From positions 107,130 to 171,129 of the forward strand of contig JAHQWL010000052.1 in assembly GCA_029856155.1 (NCBI GenBank): 64,000 bases of DNA, read 5' to 3'. This document shows, piece by piece, positions 30,088-40,700 of the stretch (positions are counted from its first letter, which is position 1; each line of letters starts with the position of its first letter). The position numbers and the translations under genes were made by a program. A model generated the notes under the pieces. It was given only the letters and a program-made list of their open reading frames with translations, was not told the origin of the DNA and searched no databases. Source of the stretch: Promethearchaeia archaeon. Lineage in GTDB: Archaea; Asgardarchaeota; Lokiarchaeia; Sigyniarchaeales; SOKP01.

Positions 30088-30465
30088 TTAGCTGATCTTC
30101 ATTGCTTCTCCAAGCTTTTTTTCAATTTTTGTTATTTCATTTAGATACTTCTGATAAATCTTTAAGATATACAGCCCCCAATCAGTTAATTTTACCCATC
30201 CTCCACCCTTAGAACCGCCTTTATGACTTTCGACAGGGTTCATACCCGTTCTTTTTTCTATTCTTTTTAATATATTCCATGCATATTTATAGGAATAATT
30301 ACATTCTTTTGCTGCTTGAGATAATGAGCCTTCTTTATTTTTATCAATATTTTTTAGCAACTCCGCCCATCCAGAACCTAATATACTTTTATTCTCAAAT
30401 TTCAACCAAAATTTTATTCCCAGTTTTATTTTAGGTTTTAATTCTTCAATGTTGGGATTCTCCAT
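30088..30465 (-). CDS. ModE N-terminal-like winged-helix regulator
   Basis: G...LL..ID..GSLSQAA...YSYKYAW..L, GG..GG..LT.WG. Confidence 0.85.
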   Translation of the reverse strand: MENPNIEELKPKIKLGIKFWLKFENKSILGSGWAELLKNIDKNKEGSLSQAAKECNYSYKYAWNILKRIEKRTGMNPVESHKGGSKGGGWVKLTDWGLYILKIYQKYLNEITKIEKKLGEAMKIS

Positions 30466-30576
30466 ACAATTATAAGTTATTTTTTGAATATTTAATAATT
30501 TTATATTTTGGAAAAGAAAAGCATTAAAGTCACGTCTATTTTATCTTTTTAAAAAACTTTAATTGGTAATTTCATA

Positions 30577-31323
30577 ATGTTTTTTTCTGGTACAGACTCT
30601 GAAAAAAAGGGGAAAGAAGTTAGAACAAATCTATACTATTTTGCTGAAAATCAGATGTTGGATTGCAATCAATATATTATTAAAGATCCAACCACCGATG
30701 AATTAGCATTATTTGATGCGGGGAATAGTATATCTCTTAAAGGATTATTCAAAGGAATGAAAAAATTAAATCTTAATCCATCTAATATAACTAAAGTTTT
30801 TTTAACTCACGAACATGTAGATCATGTTTTAGGTCTTTATCCCTTAATGAAATTAAGGAAGGAAAACCCTTTTGAAATTTTTGCCTATGGTGAAACGGCT
30901 AAAATCTTGACAGAAGGAGATGAATCTCGAATAATTCCCGGAAACATTGGAATTAGCCCTAATATGTTTGGAGTCAAAATTATTCCATTAAAAGTAACTG
31001 ATTTAATTAATACAAAAGAGATTAATATTTCTTCTGAATACAAATTCGAAATCCATTATACACCCGGTCACTCCTTAGGATCAATTTCTTATTATGATTC
31101 TAACAAAAAGATTTTAATCCCCGGAGATCTAGTTTTTACGGGAGGTAGTTTTGGACGATATGATTTTCCAGGAGGTTCGCTAAATATATTAATCAATTCA
31201 ATTAAATATGTAAATGATTTGGATGTAGATTATTTGCTCCCTGGTCATATGGGGATTAGTAGTCAAGGCAACCAACAAATCGCACTTTCCTATAAAATGA
31301 TACAATCTATTAGTTTCTTTTAG
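30577..31323 (+). CDS. Metallo-beta-lactamase fold hydrolase (glyoxalase II-like)
   Basis: THEHVDH, TPGHS, GD, GRYDFPGG and LPGH motifs. Confidence 0.9.
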   Translation: MFFSGTDSEKKGKEVRTNLYYFAENQMLDCNQYIIKDPTTDELALFDAGNSISLKGLFKGMKKLNLNPSNITKVFLTHEHVDHVLGLYPLMKLRKENPFEIFAYGETAKILTEGDESRIIPGNIGISPNMFGVKIIPLKVTDLINTKEINISSEYKFEIHYTPGHSLGSISYYDSNKKILIPGDLVFTGGSFGRYDFPGGSLNILINSIKYVNDLDVDYLLPGHMGISSQGNQQIALSYKMIQSISFF

Positions 31324-31726
31324 TAAATACTCAAAATATTTAGTAATTGAAAAAATGTAAATTAAATTTCATTTATTTGAGTAGAAATTATTTTTAGCCT
31401 AAGTATTATAATATCCTTCAAGAAATCTATTATTTTACATTTAAATAATGTTCTTAATATTGATAAAAAAGCAGATAAAATTGATCTTCTATTGAGTATT
31501 TTGCATGTTATAATGGATTAACTAATTCTAAAGGAGAAAACCTCAATTTAAACTAAAAAAAATTTTTTTGTTTTTCAGTTGAGATAAAGTAAATTAAAGA
31601 AAGTAAAGATCCCTACCATTCAATTTTTAAGGTATATTGAAAAGATACTAATATTTAAATAACACATCTATCTATTATTTTTATAATCTTCTTTAAATTA
31701 AAATAAATAATTAGTGAAAATTTATT

Positions 31727-32386
31727 ATGTCTAAATCAAAATATCAAACAACTGAAATATATTTAAGGACTTACCCAAAAGTTATCTTTTTTTGGCCTTT
31801 ACTCATCACAAGCTTGATTTTAATGTTCATTCAAGTATTTATCGCCCCTAGTCCGGTATTAGGATATGTCTGGTTCATAGTATTCTTTGTAAATATATTT
31901 GTAACTGCATTTGATTTCTCTTCAACAAAATTTTTCGTACTAGTATTAGCTATTGTTATTGTCCTCTTAATTCTTGTTTTTTTAGTTCTACCGAATGTCA
32001 CATTCCAGCTTACGAGTATAGAAATCAATCTAGCTTTGCCATGGGAGTTTTATATGGTAATGACATTAATATTAGCATTTATCCTCGGGATTATTGTTAT
32101 TAGTACGAGATTCGAATACTATAAAATTGAAATGAATGAAATTTATCATAAAACGGGTATTTTCAGCTCAGCCGAACGATTTCCAGTGAAAAGCTTACGA
32201 TTCAAAAAAGAAATTCCTGATGTCTTTGAGTTCTTCATGTTAAGAGCTGGAAAATTTACGATAATGCCTGGAAAAGCCGATGAAGTTATGATCCTCCCTA
32301 CTGTATTGAATGTCAATAAAAAGGAAAAACAACTTGATTGGTTGCTTTCTCACGTTTCGGTTGAACCAGATGAATTAGACCAATAG
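31727..32386 (+). CDS. Membrane protein (4 TM) with C-terminal bacterial-PH-like domain
   Basis: Four hydrophobic segments then Y.I...EI.H..G.F...ER beta-rich region. Confidence 0.6.
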   Translation: MSKSKYQTTEIYLRTYPKVIFFWPLLITSLILMFIQVFIAPSPVLGYVWFIVFFVNIFVTAFDFSSTKFFVLVLAIVIVLLILVFLVLPNVTFQLTSIEINLALPWEFYMVMTLILAFILGIIVISTRFEYYKIEMNEIYHKTGIFSSAERFPVKSLRFKKEIPDVFEFFMLRAGKFTIMPGKADEVMILPTVLNVNKKEKQLDWLLSHVSVEPDELDQ

Positions 32387-32490
32387 AATTATAAGAATTT
32401 ACTCTATTTTTTTTTTTAATATTTTATTCTTTTAATAGTAAAACAAATATGGATAAATTTAAGTTTTAAATAGCTTTTTTAAACACACTT

Positions 32491-33216
32491 ATGTCTCACC
32501 CACCAATAGTTTTATTTGATTTTGATGGAGTTATTATTACTCAGAAGGCACTTGAATATACAGCATTAATCCATTTAAGAAATAAATTTTACAAATGGCG
32601 AAACACAGAAGATTTAAGACTTATTGATTGTGCTCGACTTTTTGAAGAATCAGATTCAAAGAATAGATTGGTGGCTTTTAGACGTATAAATAAAGCATAT
32701 AAACCTTTTATTCCCAGTATCTGGAAGAGAAACTTATTTTTTATAAAATTTAGACGTGGGTATCCCAAATATGAGAAATATGAGGTTTTGAAGCCAAATC
32801 TTGAGGAAATTTTAATCCAACTTAAAAAGATGAGCATACTCTTAGGAATTGTTTCAAATACTAGTAAAGAGAGGTTAGATTCTTTTAGAAATAAACTAGG
32901 TTTAGATAGATTTTTTTCTGTCTTTATCTCTCGCGATGATACTCCTTTTAGAAAACCTAATCCATATCCAATTATCACTGCATTAATGAAAATTAAGAAA
33001 AACTTTAATTACTCAATAAATAGAGATAAAGTATATTATATCGGTGATCTTCCCGCAGATATTGAATGTGCTAAGAATGCAAAAATCAATAGTATTGCTT
33101 TGCTTTCTGGTCATGGTACAAGAGAAGGTTTAGAACAAGCTAATCCAACATTTATACTCCAAGACGTAAAGAATATTATAGAAATTGAACAATTCAAAAA
33201 ATTCTTATTGGATTAA
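32491..33216 (+). CDS. HAD-superfamily hydrolase
   Basis: LFDFDGV, IVSN, KPNP and YIGD...D motifs. Confidence 0.9.
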   Translation: MSHPPIVLFDFDGVIITQKALEYTALIHLRNKFYKWRNTEDLRLIDCARLFEESDSKNRLVAFRRINKAYKPFIPSIWKRNLFFIKFRRGYPKYEKYEVLKPNLEEILIQLKKMSILLGIVSNTSKERLDSFRNKLGLDRFFSVFISRDDTPFRKPNPYPIITALMKIKKNFNYSINRDKVYYIGDLPADIECAKNAKINSIALLSGHGTREGLEQANPTFILQDVKNIIEIEQFKKFLLD

Positions 33217-35962
33217 ACACTTAATTAAATTATCTATGTTTAATCTTAAAGAATTTAACGACAGCTTGATTCTTGAAAAAGTTGATAAACTTAACAAATA
33301 TCTAAATAAAAAAAAAACTGATAAAGTTTCAAAATTAATTGATGATTTGCAAAGTCTATTAGATCAAAAAGAATTTGTTGTACCAATAACATATATCTTA
33401 AGTATTTTAGCAGAAAATCGGATAGAGCTTATCACTGAAGGATTATTAAGGAAAACTGAGGTTTTTCTTCACTCCGAGAGTGTAAAATTAAGAGTAAACT
33501 CATTAATTATTATGGGGTTTTCTCTGATTGCTAAACCAATTTTAATTGAAAATTATTTTCATTTAATTGTCAAACTTCTAACAGATCAATCGGAGGATGT
33601 ACGGGATAATGTTCACTATTTCTTGTTGGAATTATTTAAGAAAAATCCAAATTTGGTAATGTCTAGTATAGATTTTTTACTCGAAAGCCTTAAGATAGAA
33701 AAAAAAAATGCTAATATTGTTTCTTTATTAAACTTTCTTGATTACTGTGAGGATTTATCATTTGATCAATTATTCAATTTTAGAAATATCTCAAAATCTC
33801 TAATTATATCATTTGATGATAAAAGAACATCTAAAATTTTTATTAAATTAATAGATCTAATGAAAAAATTTTTCCCAATGCAAGATAAACCCGAATTGGA
33901 GTATCAAGAAGCTAAAAAGATCATAAAATCATTGGATAGTTATTTTTTAATGAAAAAACATAATTTTACGGTATTAAGTAAGAATACAGGGGTATCATTA
34001 AAAGAATATTTAAAAATTTTTACCAAATCAAAACAAAAGGACAATAAAATCTATTTCTATGTAAAAACCAAGGATAACATAATTTTTGTCTATGAATTAG
34101 AAAAAGTTAAATTAAAAAGATTTTTCGCAGAAGAATTGAAAATATCTAATGAAAACCTCTACAGAACATTTTATCATATTATAGAAAATAAGTCAGAATT
34201 AAAAATTTTTATAAAAACATTAATTTCTCTAAAGCTCATTGATGGTTACTATTCGAATATTGGCTTTTTTTATCCTTATGCATATATAAAATCAAAATTT
34301 TTAGAGGATTTACGTATAAATGCTTCTATAAATTTAAGAAGTTTTAAATTCCTTCCACAAGATTTTATTGAAAAAATTAAGAAAGATATTTCTAATTCTA
34401 CTAATCAAAAATTTTTAAAGAGTAAAGACCAAGAAACTTATTTCTCATTAAAAAATATTCAAGATCAGATTAACTCTGAAGCTGGAAAAAGTAGTATTAT
34501 AGAACTAAAATCATACCGCGAGATATTATTAGAAGAAGATTTCATAAAATTAGTTAAAAATATCCCTAGAGAATATCTATCAAAATTTCATAAAGGTACA
34601 CAGTGGTTGACTAATCTGGGTAAACAAAAAATTACTAATGAAGTTCAAAATTCTAGAATTGTAGGTTATTTTGACATATCCAAAATTTCAGATAAATTAA
34701 ATATAGGAGAACTTTTACTATTAGATGTTTTTGATCAATTTGTAGATTATAGAAGCGGAATTTGGAATAAACAAAAAAACATTTTCTACTATTCAAAATT
34801 CCTAAAAGAGAAGATCAAAGAGATTAGTATAATCTCTGATGAAAACAAGAAATTACAGCAAATTGAAAAGATCTCTAACGAGCTAAATATTGATAGAAAT
34901 CATATCTTATCTAAAATAGATGAAAACCTGCAATTAATTGCGGAAGAAATAAAACAAAAAGATCAAATAAAAATAGATGAATATCTTGAAAAAACTGGGA
35001 TGGAAGTTGACATATTTTTAAAATTTATTGATGATTTGGGCATTTCCTACTTTAAAAAAGCTGATTTATTAATATTTAATATGCAAAAAATAGAAGACGC
35101 GAAGAATGATATAAGATACATGTTAATTGATAAAGCAAAACATGAGGATTATATTTTTTTAGGAAAATATGATATTACGTCAACTTTAATAGAAGATCTT
35201 ATTAATGATTTGTTAGTTGATGGAAAAATAAAGGGGATTTTTTATGATAATGACGGAGAAGTTATTTTTTATACTGAAAGCGGGATTACTAATCTGGTAT
35301 TAGAAAATAGTTTTCTTTTTTCTTTTCATGATTTATTTTATGGTAAAGACTTAAATAAATCAGAGATTAACTTGATAAGAGATATTTTTGATGATTTAGT
35401 TAATAAAAGAAAGCTAATAGGTATTTTTGATGAGGAGACTCTAACCTTTTCAAGTAATGAAGTATTGTTTGCTAAAGATTATAATACAGTTCTATTTGAA
35501 TTTGAAAAAATGGTCAATAATTATATTAAGAAGTTTGAAATTGAATTTCAAAAAGTCACGAAGATCCTAACAAAGAAGGAAGAGACTATTTATCCACAAG
35601 AGATAAGGATTATTCAAGATATAATTGATAAGATTAATGAAAAATATGTCAATTGGAGAAGTAGTCTGGAAGCATTCATTCGTAAAACTAACAAGAAATT
35701 ATTAAGAGATCAAGGTGTAAGTGTAAAACAATATAAAAATCTCTTTTCAGGAGAAAAGAAAGAAGAAGTAAAAGCTTTAGAAGAAGACCCTGAAGTTTAT
35801 GAACTTTTAAATAACTTTAACACTTGGATAAAAAGAATTAATAAACTAGAATTAAAATATTCAAATATAATATTTTACCAAAAACGGTTAATTAATAATC
35901 CAAATGATGAAGAATCTAAAAATAAATTAAACGATTTATTAATAGGTTTAGACTTAATCTAA
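33185..35962 (+). CDS. Large protein with N-terminal HEAT repeats and tandem winged-helix (PCI/UFL1-like) units (likely start ATG 33236)
   Basis: LLTDQSEDVR and LHSESVKLR HEAT motifs; repeated L...G.I.G.(F/Y) wing motifs (LIDGYY, DGKIKGIFY, RKLIGIFD). Confidence 0.6.
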   Translation: MNNSKNSYWIKHLIKLSMFNLKEFNDSLILEKVDKLNKYLNKKKTDKVSKLIDDLQSLLDQKEFVVPITYILSILAENRIELITEGLLRKTEVFLHSESVKLRVNSLIIMGFSLIAKPILIENYFHLIVKLLTDQSEDVRDNVHYFLLELFKKNPNLVMSSIDFLLESLKIEKKNANIVSLLNFLDYCEDLSFDQLFNFRNISKSLIISFDDKRTSKIFIKLIDLMKKFFPMQDKPELEYQEAKKIIKSLDSYFLMKKHNFTVLSKNTGVSLKEYLKIFTKSKQKDNKIYFYVKTKDNIIFVYELEKVKLKRFFAEELKISNENLYRTFYHIIENKSELKIFIKTLISLKLIDGYYSNIGFFYPYAYIKSKFLEDLRINASINLRSFKFLPQDFIEKIKKDISNSTNQKFLKSKDQETYFSLKNIQDQINSEAGKSSIIELKSYREILLEEDFIKLVKNIPREYLSKFHKGTQWLTNLGKQKITNEVQNSRIVGYFDISKISDKLNIGELLLLDVFDQFVDYRSGIWNKQKNIFYYSKFLKEKIKEISIISDENKKLQQIEKISNELNIDRNHILSKIDENLQLIAEEIKQKDQIKIDEYLEKTGMEVDIFLKFIDDLGISYFKKADLLIFNMQKIEDAKNDIRYMLIDKAKHEDYIFLGKYDITSTLIEDLINDLLVDGKIKGIFYDNDGEVIFYTESGITNLVLENSFLFSFHDLFYGKDLNKSEINLIRDIFDDLVNKRKLIGIFDEETLTFSSNEVLFAKDYNTVLFEFEKMVNNYIKKFEIEFQKVTKILTKKEETIYPQEIRIIQDIIDKINEKYVNWRSSLEAFIRKTNKKLLRDQGVSVKQYKNLFSGEKKEEVKALEEDPEVYELLNNFNTWIKRINKLELKYSNIIFYQKRLINNPNDEESKNKLNDLLIGLDLI

Positions 35963-36252
35963 AATTCAGCTTTTTTATTTTTCCCAATTTGGGAGAGTAA
36001 TTTGTCAACGTCTATTTTATCATTTGATATAATCTTATAGGTTTTAGGATTGGTTATTCCATTTACAGTTAAAATTCCTTCTTCTTCAAGACATTTTAGA
36101 GCTCTCCAAATGAAATTTATCTTAGAGCGATTTGAGGATTTAACGTTATAACACCTTCTAATTCTCTTAGTATTTACGATAGTTACATTATTTTCTATTA
36201 GTTTATTTATCGCTTCAAGCGTGTCTTTCAAGTTATCAATAAAAAAATCCAT
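35959..36252 (-). CDS. Small winged-helix protein
   Basis: IWRALKCLEEEGIL...PKTY wHTH pattern. Confidence 0.6.
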   Translation of the reverse strand: MDFFIDNLKDTLEAINKLIENNVTIVNTKRIRRCYNVKSSNRSKINFIWRALKCLEEEGILTVNGITNPKTYKIISNDKIDVDKLLSQIGKNKKAEF

Positions 36253-36457
36253 TTCTAAAAGAGCTCCATCTTAGTAAGATATGATTAGATTTAGTCTCCT
36301 CATTTAAAAGATTAATTTAAAATGTCAAATTCAAAAATATTGAGTATTATAAAATTATCTTTTGAAATTTATAAACCTTTCTTACTACAAATACTTTTTT
36401 TCAATAAGATTAATTCTTAAAGATATAAAACCAAATTAATAGATAGTATAAAATTTT

Positions 36458-38062
36458 TTAATGACGGAATACTCTTTTGCCACAAAATACTAAGGAACAG
36501 CCTAATTCATCTGCACGTTTAATTATAGCTTTATCTCTAATGGATCCACCAGGATTAATTATAGCTTTTGCCCCAGCTTCGACTGTAACCTCTAAACCAT
36601 CAGGGAAGGGGAAAAAGGAATCTGTTCCCATAAAAGAATTTTTTAATTCATCTTTATGGCCAAATTCTATCGCTTTTTGAATAGCTAATTTAACTACATG
36701 AACTCTACTTTGTTGACCAGCTCCAATTCCTATGGAATAAATTCCATTATCATAGATTTGAGCAAAACATGCCGAATTCGATTTTGCCCATTTAGAAACT
36801 TTATACGCAAAGATTAGAGCCTCCTTTTCAATATCATTCACTTTTTTCTTGCTTACAACATTCCATTCTTTAATAACAGGTTTACTATCATACTCTTGAA
36901 CAAGAATTCCCCCTAGAACACTCCTAATTTCAAGATTTTTATAGAGTTCATTTCTTTTATCAAGGAAATCTTGATATTCAATTATTATCATATTTTTTTT
37001 TTGTTTTAATATCTGTAGAGCATCATTTTCATATGAAGGTGCCAGTAATACTTCCACAAATATCTTTTCTTTATTTACAATAAAATCTGCTATATCTTTT
37101 GTTAATTCTTTATTAACTCCCCAGATCCCTCCAAATGCGGACATTGGATCTGTGCTGAATGCTTTTTTTACGGAGGATAGTTGATCTTTTTTATCAATTG
37201 CTACACCATTAGGACTTGTATGTTTTAAAATTGCCGTTGTGTAATGTTCCGTCCCAAAATCCAAAAGAATTTGCATACAGGAATCGATATCTAGATAATT
37301 GTTAAAAGAGATTTCCTTTCCACTAATTTGTTTTAAGTTATGAAGACCATATTTTGCAAAAGAATCTTTATAATATGCTGCTATCTGATCCCAATTTTCT
37401 CCATACCTACAATCTTGTACCTTTTCATATACTTTTATAATTGTTTTGGGTAATAAAGCTTCTGGATTGTAATATTTTTGGAGATAATTTGCAATAGCAG
37501 CATTATAATCTGCCATAATTGAAAATACCTCTTGAGCGAGGAGAATTCGAGTTTTTTCAGTGATAGCTCCTTTATTTTTTCTAAGCTCTTCAATAATTTC
37601 TTGATAATAATCAGGGCTTGGAACCACGATAACATCTGGAAAATTTTTTGCTGCAGCGCGGATCATCGTCGGTCCTCCGATATCAATCATTTCCAATGCA
37701 TCATCAAGAGCAATGCCTGGTTTTTCAATTGCTTCTTTAAATTGATATAAATTGCACACTACCATGTCAATTGGTTTAATATCATATTTATTAGCGTCAT
37801 CAATATCTTTCTGCAAACCTCTACGATATAAAATACCACCTTCGATTTTTGGATGTAAAGTTTTAATTCTGCCATCAAACATTTCTGGTGAATCTGTAAA
37901 CTCTGAAATTTTTGTATATTTAATCCCATTTTTCTCTAAGAGGATTCCAGTGCCTCCAGTAGATAGAATTTCAACCTTAAATTCGTCTAGTAATACTTTA
38001 ACAAACTCGATAATCCCCTTCTTTTCATAAACACTAATAATTACTCTTTTTATTGTTTTCAT
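36458..38062 (-). CDS. purH: Bifunctional AICAR transformylase/IMP cyclohydrolase
   Basis: STGGT, GRIKTLHP, IDIGGPTMIRAAAKN, RYGEN, GAGQQSRV, PGGSIRD, RVFRH. Confidence 0.95.
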   Translation of the reverse strand: MKTIKRVIISVYEKKGIIEFVKVLLDEFKVEILSTGGTGILLEKNGIKYTKISEFTDSPEMFDGRIKTLHPKIEGGILYRRGLQKDIDDANKYDIKPIDMVVCNLYQFKEAIEKPGIALDDALEMIDIGGPTMIRAAAKNFPDVIVVPSPDYYQEIIEELRKNKGAITEKTRILLAQEVFSIMADYNAAIANYLQKYYNPEALLPKTIIKVYEKVQDCRYGENWDQIAAYYKDSFAKYGLHNLKQISGKEISFNNYLDIDSCMQILLDFGTEHYTTAILKHTSPNGVAIDKKDQLSSVKKAFSTDPMSAFGGIWGVNKELTKDIADFIVNKEKIFVEVLLAPSYENDALQILKQKKNMIIIEYQDFLDKRNELYKNLEIRSVLGGILVQEYDSKPVIKEWNVVSKKKVNDIEKEALIFAYKVSKWAKSNSACFAQIYDNGIYSIGIGAGQQSRVHVVKLAIQKAIEFGHKDELKNSFMGTDSFFPFPDGLEVTVEAGAKAIINPGGSIRDKAIIKRADELGCSLVFCGKRVFRH

Positions 38063-38235
38063 AAAAATCTAATTTGATTTAATTTACATATATAAAAAAA
38101 TGATTCTAACAAAGAAAAGTTTTTGGATGTTAATACTTAATTAATAGAGCTTTAATAAGTGAAATTAGGGCTAAGAATGTAAAATTTAAAAAGATGTACT
38201 ATTTTTAAATATCGACACAAATGTATAAAGATTAT

Positions 38236-39705
38236 TTAAAATTTACCAATAAGATCGTGTGGTGATGTTTCACGCTGCCCAACAATTGAGACAATTCCAA
38301 GTGATGCTTTTTTCATCTCTTTAATAGATCCCGCACCAGCATAAATCATTCCATTAGTTAAACCTTCTTTTAGAGTTGCTAAAACTCCAGTTACATCCCC
38401 CACATAAGGTACGTAATCACTAACACCTTCAGTTAGCATTTTTGAGCCTTCTATATAACGATCTGCGATATACCCTGACACTCTCGCATCTTTACTTCCC
38501 ATTCCACGATAAATCTTTACTTTTCTTCCAGCAATAGTATCTATAAAACCAGGAGATTCATCAGTACCAGCAAAAAAATGCCCCGACATTATTATATCTG
38601 CACCAGAAGAAAATGCCTTTGGTAAATCACCTGGTTTAGTGAAACCCCCATCAGCAATTAAGGACATTTCTTGATTATAATCTTGTATAGCATCAGCTAC
38701 TTGCGCAGTAGCATATAAGGTTGGAGCTCCTACACCGGTCTGTATTGAAGTTGTGCAAATTGAACCAGAACCCATCCCCACCTTTAATCCAATAAAACGT
38801 TCCTCAACAAAATCGCATTTTGAGATTAAATATTCAGCAGCTTGGTAAGTCCCAATATTTCCTAAAACAAAATCAGATTCCAAAAGTCTCATTAATTTCA
38901 TTGTACCATCGATATCATCTTTTTTATAAAAATCAGCTACATCTATAAAGAAAATATCTACATATTTATCAATCTCTTTCAAAGAAGCTTGAGCTTGAGA
39001 CGATTCTGGAAATCTAGGGGACAAAGCCATGGCACATAATAAATGTCCTTCATCATCTTTGGAAGCAAATGGAAATTCAGGGGCTAAATCTTTCTTTGTA
39101 ATTAATCCTTTTAAAAGTCCGTCGTCACCTATAATTGGTAATTTTTCTTTACGTGATTCGTATAAAATTTTCAGTGCTTCTTCTCTTGAAGCTCCGGGTT
39201 TGATAGAAATTACATCTTTGGTCATATAATCTTTAATTGTCCCATTTTGAAGGTCTTTTTCAAAGAAAGGAATATCACGCTTAGTGAAAATACCACATAC
39301 TTTCTTTGCTTCATCAACCACTACAATTCCACTTATATTATAATTTTCCATCATAAATTTTGCTTTCGAGACTTTAGAATTAGGACTAATTGTTGCTACA
39401 TCGTCAATTACAAAAGACCTAGCTCGCTTAACAATTCTTACCATTTCTAATTGCCTTTCATAAGAACAATTGCGATGTAGAACTCCAAGACCACCTCTTA
39501 AAGCCATGTTAATTGCCATATTTTCTTCTGTGACTGTATCCATAGCAGATGATAATATAGGAAGTTTCAAATGATATTTTCCTAAGTTTGTAGATATATC
39601 AACTTCATTTGGTGAGAAATTCGTGAATCCCGGTAGTATTAATACATCGTCGAAAGTAGCTATAAGATTGTTTGAATGTATTTTTTTACGATAATAATTC
39701 GACAT
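38236..39705 (-). CDS. guaB: IMP dehydrogenase
   Basis: TFDDVLILP, SAMDTVTE, CBS pair, KVGMGSGSICTT, IADGG, YRGMGS. Confidence 0.95.
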   Translation of the reverse strand: MSNYYRKKIHSNNLIATFDDVLILPGFTNFSPNEVDISTNLGKYHLKLPILSSAMDTVTEENMAINMALRGGLGVLHRNCSYERQLEMVRIVKRARSFVIDDVATISPNSKVSKAKFMMENYNISGIVVVDEAKKVCGIFTKRDIPFFEKDLQNGTIKDYMTKDVISIKPGASREEALKILYESRKEKLPIIGDDGLLKGLITKKDLAPEFPFASKDDEGHLLCAMALSPRFPESSQAQASLKEIDKYVDIFFIDVADFYKKDDIDGTMKLMRLLESDFVLGNIGTYQAAEYLISKCDFVEERFIGLKVGMGSGSICTTSIQTGVGAPTLYATAQVADAIQDYNQEMSLIADGGFTKPGDLPKAFSSGADIIMSGHFFAGTDESPGFIDTIAGRKVKIYRGMGSKDARVSGYIADRYIEGSKMLTEGVSDYVPYVGDVTGVLATLKEGLTNGMIYAGAGSIKEMKKASLGIVSIVGQRETSPHDLIGKF

Positions 39706-39884
39706 TTTGATCAGCCTCGTTGAAGATTTTACTATATTCTTATTATAACGTAAAAATTTAAATTATAATATTAAAAATATTCGTATTCTGACAAACTTAT
39801 AAATTTTTGCTATTGAGGATTTAATTAGTATTTCTATTTTATTTATGAGTAAAAAACAATAAAAAAAAAGAAAAAAATAGAAAT

Positions 39885-40700
39885 TTAGACGGGAATATCC
39901 CGTTTGTTGAAGATTATTATTGAAACTAGTGCTAATATAATAGTATAAGATGAGAGAAACACTATTTTTATAGGCAGTGCATCCCAATTACTATTTACAA
40001 GGAGATTTGACATGTCAGAATAGTAAAAAATACTGATATATTTAATACTTTCCATGCTCTCGCCAAAACTCTGCCAGAATTGGCCAACTGCATAGAAAAA
40101 GATAATTAAACCTAAACTTAAAACAAGAGATTTCTTAGTATCCATGAATGTCGAGAAGAAAAATCCAGTGGTAACAATTCCTAAATTCAATAAGATCATT
40201 ACAAGAAAAGCTGTCAAAAATTCTGCCCATGGAACTTCATTGGGAACAATATTTGGCATAATAAAAATACCCAGAATTACTGCCAACATTACTCCGAACA
40301 GGACTATCACGGCACCAATAATATGATATAAATATTTCCCAAGCGAAAATTCCCATCGTTTAATAGGTTTAGACAATATTAGATCGATTGTTTTATTATC
40401 AATCTCTCTTGGAATGTCTTGGGAAGCCTTTAGTATAAAATAAATTCCAAAAAAGAATAAAGACATCGAAAAAAGATATATATTCAATAGACCTCCAATT
40501 GTGCTTAAAGAATAAAATTCACCTATCATTTGCCTTATTGCTTCAGGATAAGATTCTAATAAAGCTTCGAAGTCTGCAAAAAATACAGGATCAAAAATTG
40601 AAACAAACCACATGTAAAATAGTCCCATTAATGCTGTATAGAGGATAATACCTTTCTTACTTGACGTAATTTCTTTCTGCATAATTTTAACCGCTTTCAT
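39885..40700 (-). CDS. ABC-2 type exporter permease
   Basis: 6 TM; EIDNKTIDLILSKPIKR; C-terminal FNKRDI. Confidence 0.9.
   Translation of the reverse strand: MKAVKIMQKEITSSKKGIILYTALMGLFYMWFVSIFDPVFFADFEALLESYPEAIRQMIGEFYSLSTIGGLLNIYLFSMSLFFFGIYFILKASQDIPREIDNKTIDLILSKPIKRWEFSLGKYLYHIIGAVIVLFGVMLAVILGIFIMPNIVPNEVPWAEFLTAFLVMILLNLGIVTTGFFFSTFMDTKKSLVLSLGLIIFFYAVGQFWQSFGESMESIKYISIFYYSDMSNLLVNSNWDALPIKIVFLSSYTIILALVSIIIFNKRDIPV

Noticed and set aside
31324-31726. Long AT-rich spacer checked for gene remnants or RNA
   Set aside because: No recognisable ORF, motif or stable structure found by eye.
36458-39705. Folate-dependent purH with guaB in an archaeon
   Set aside because: Ordinary housekeeping genes, consistent with folD in the window.
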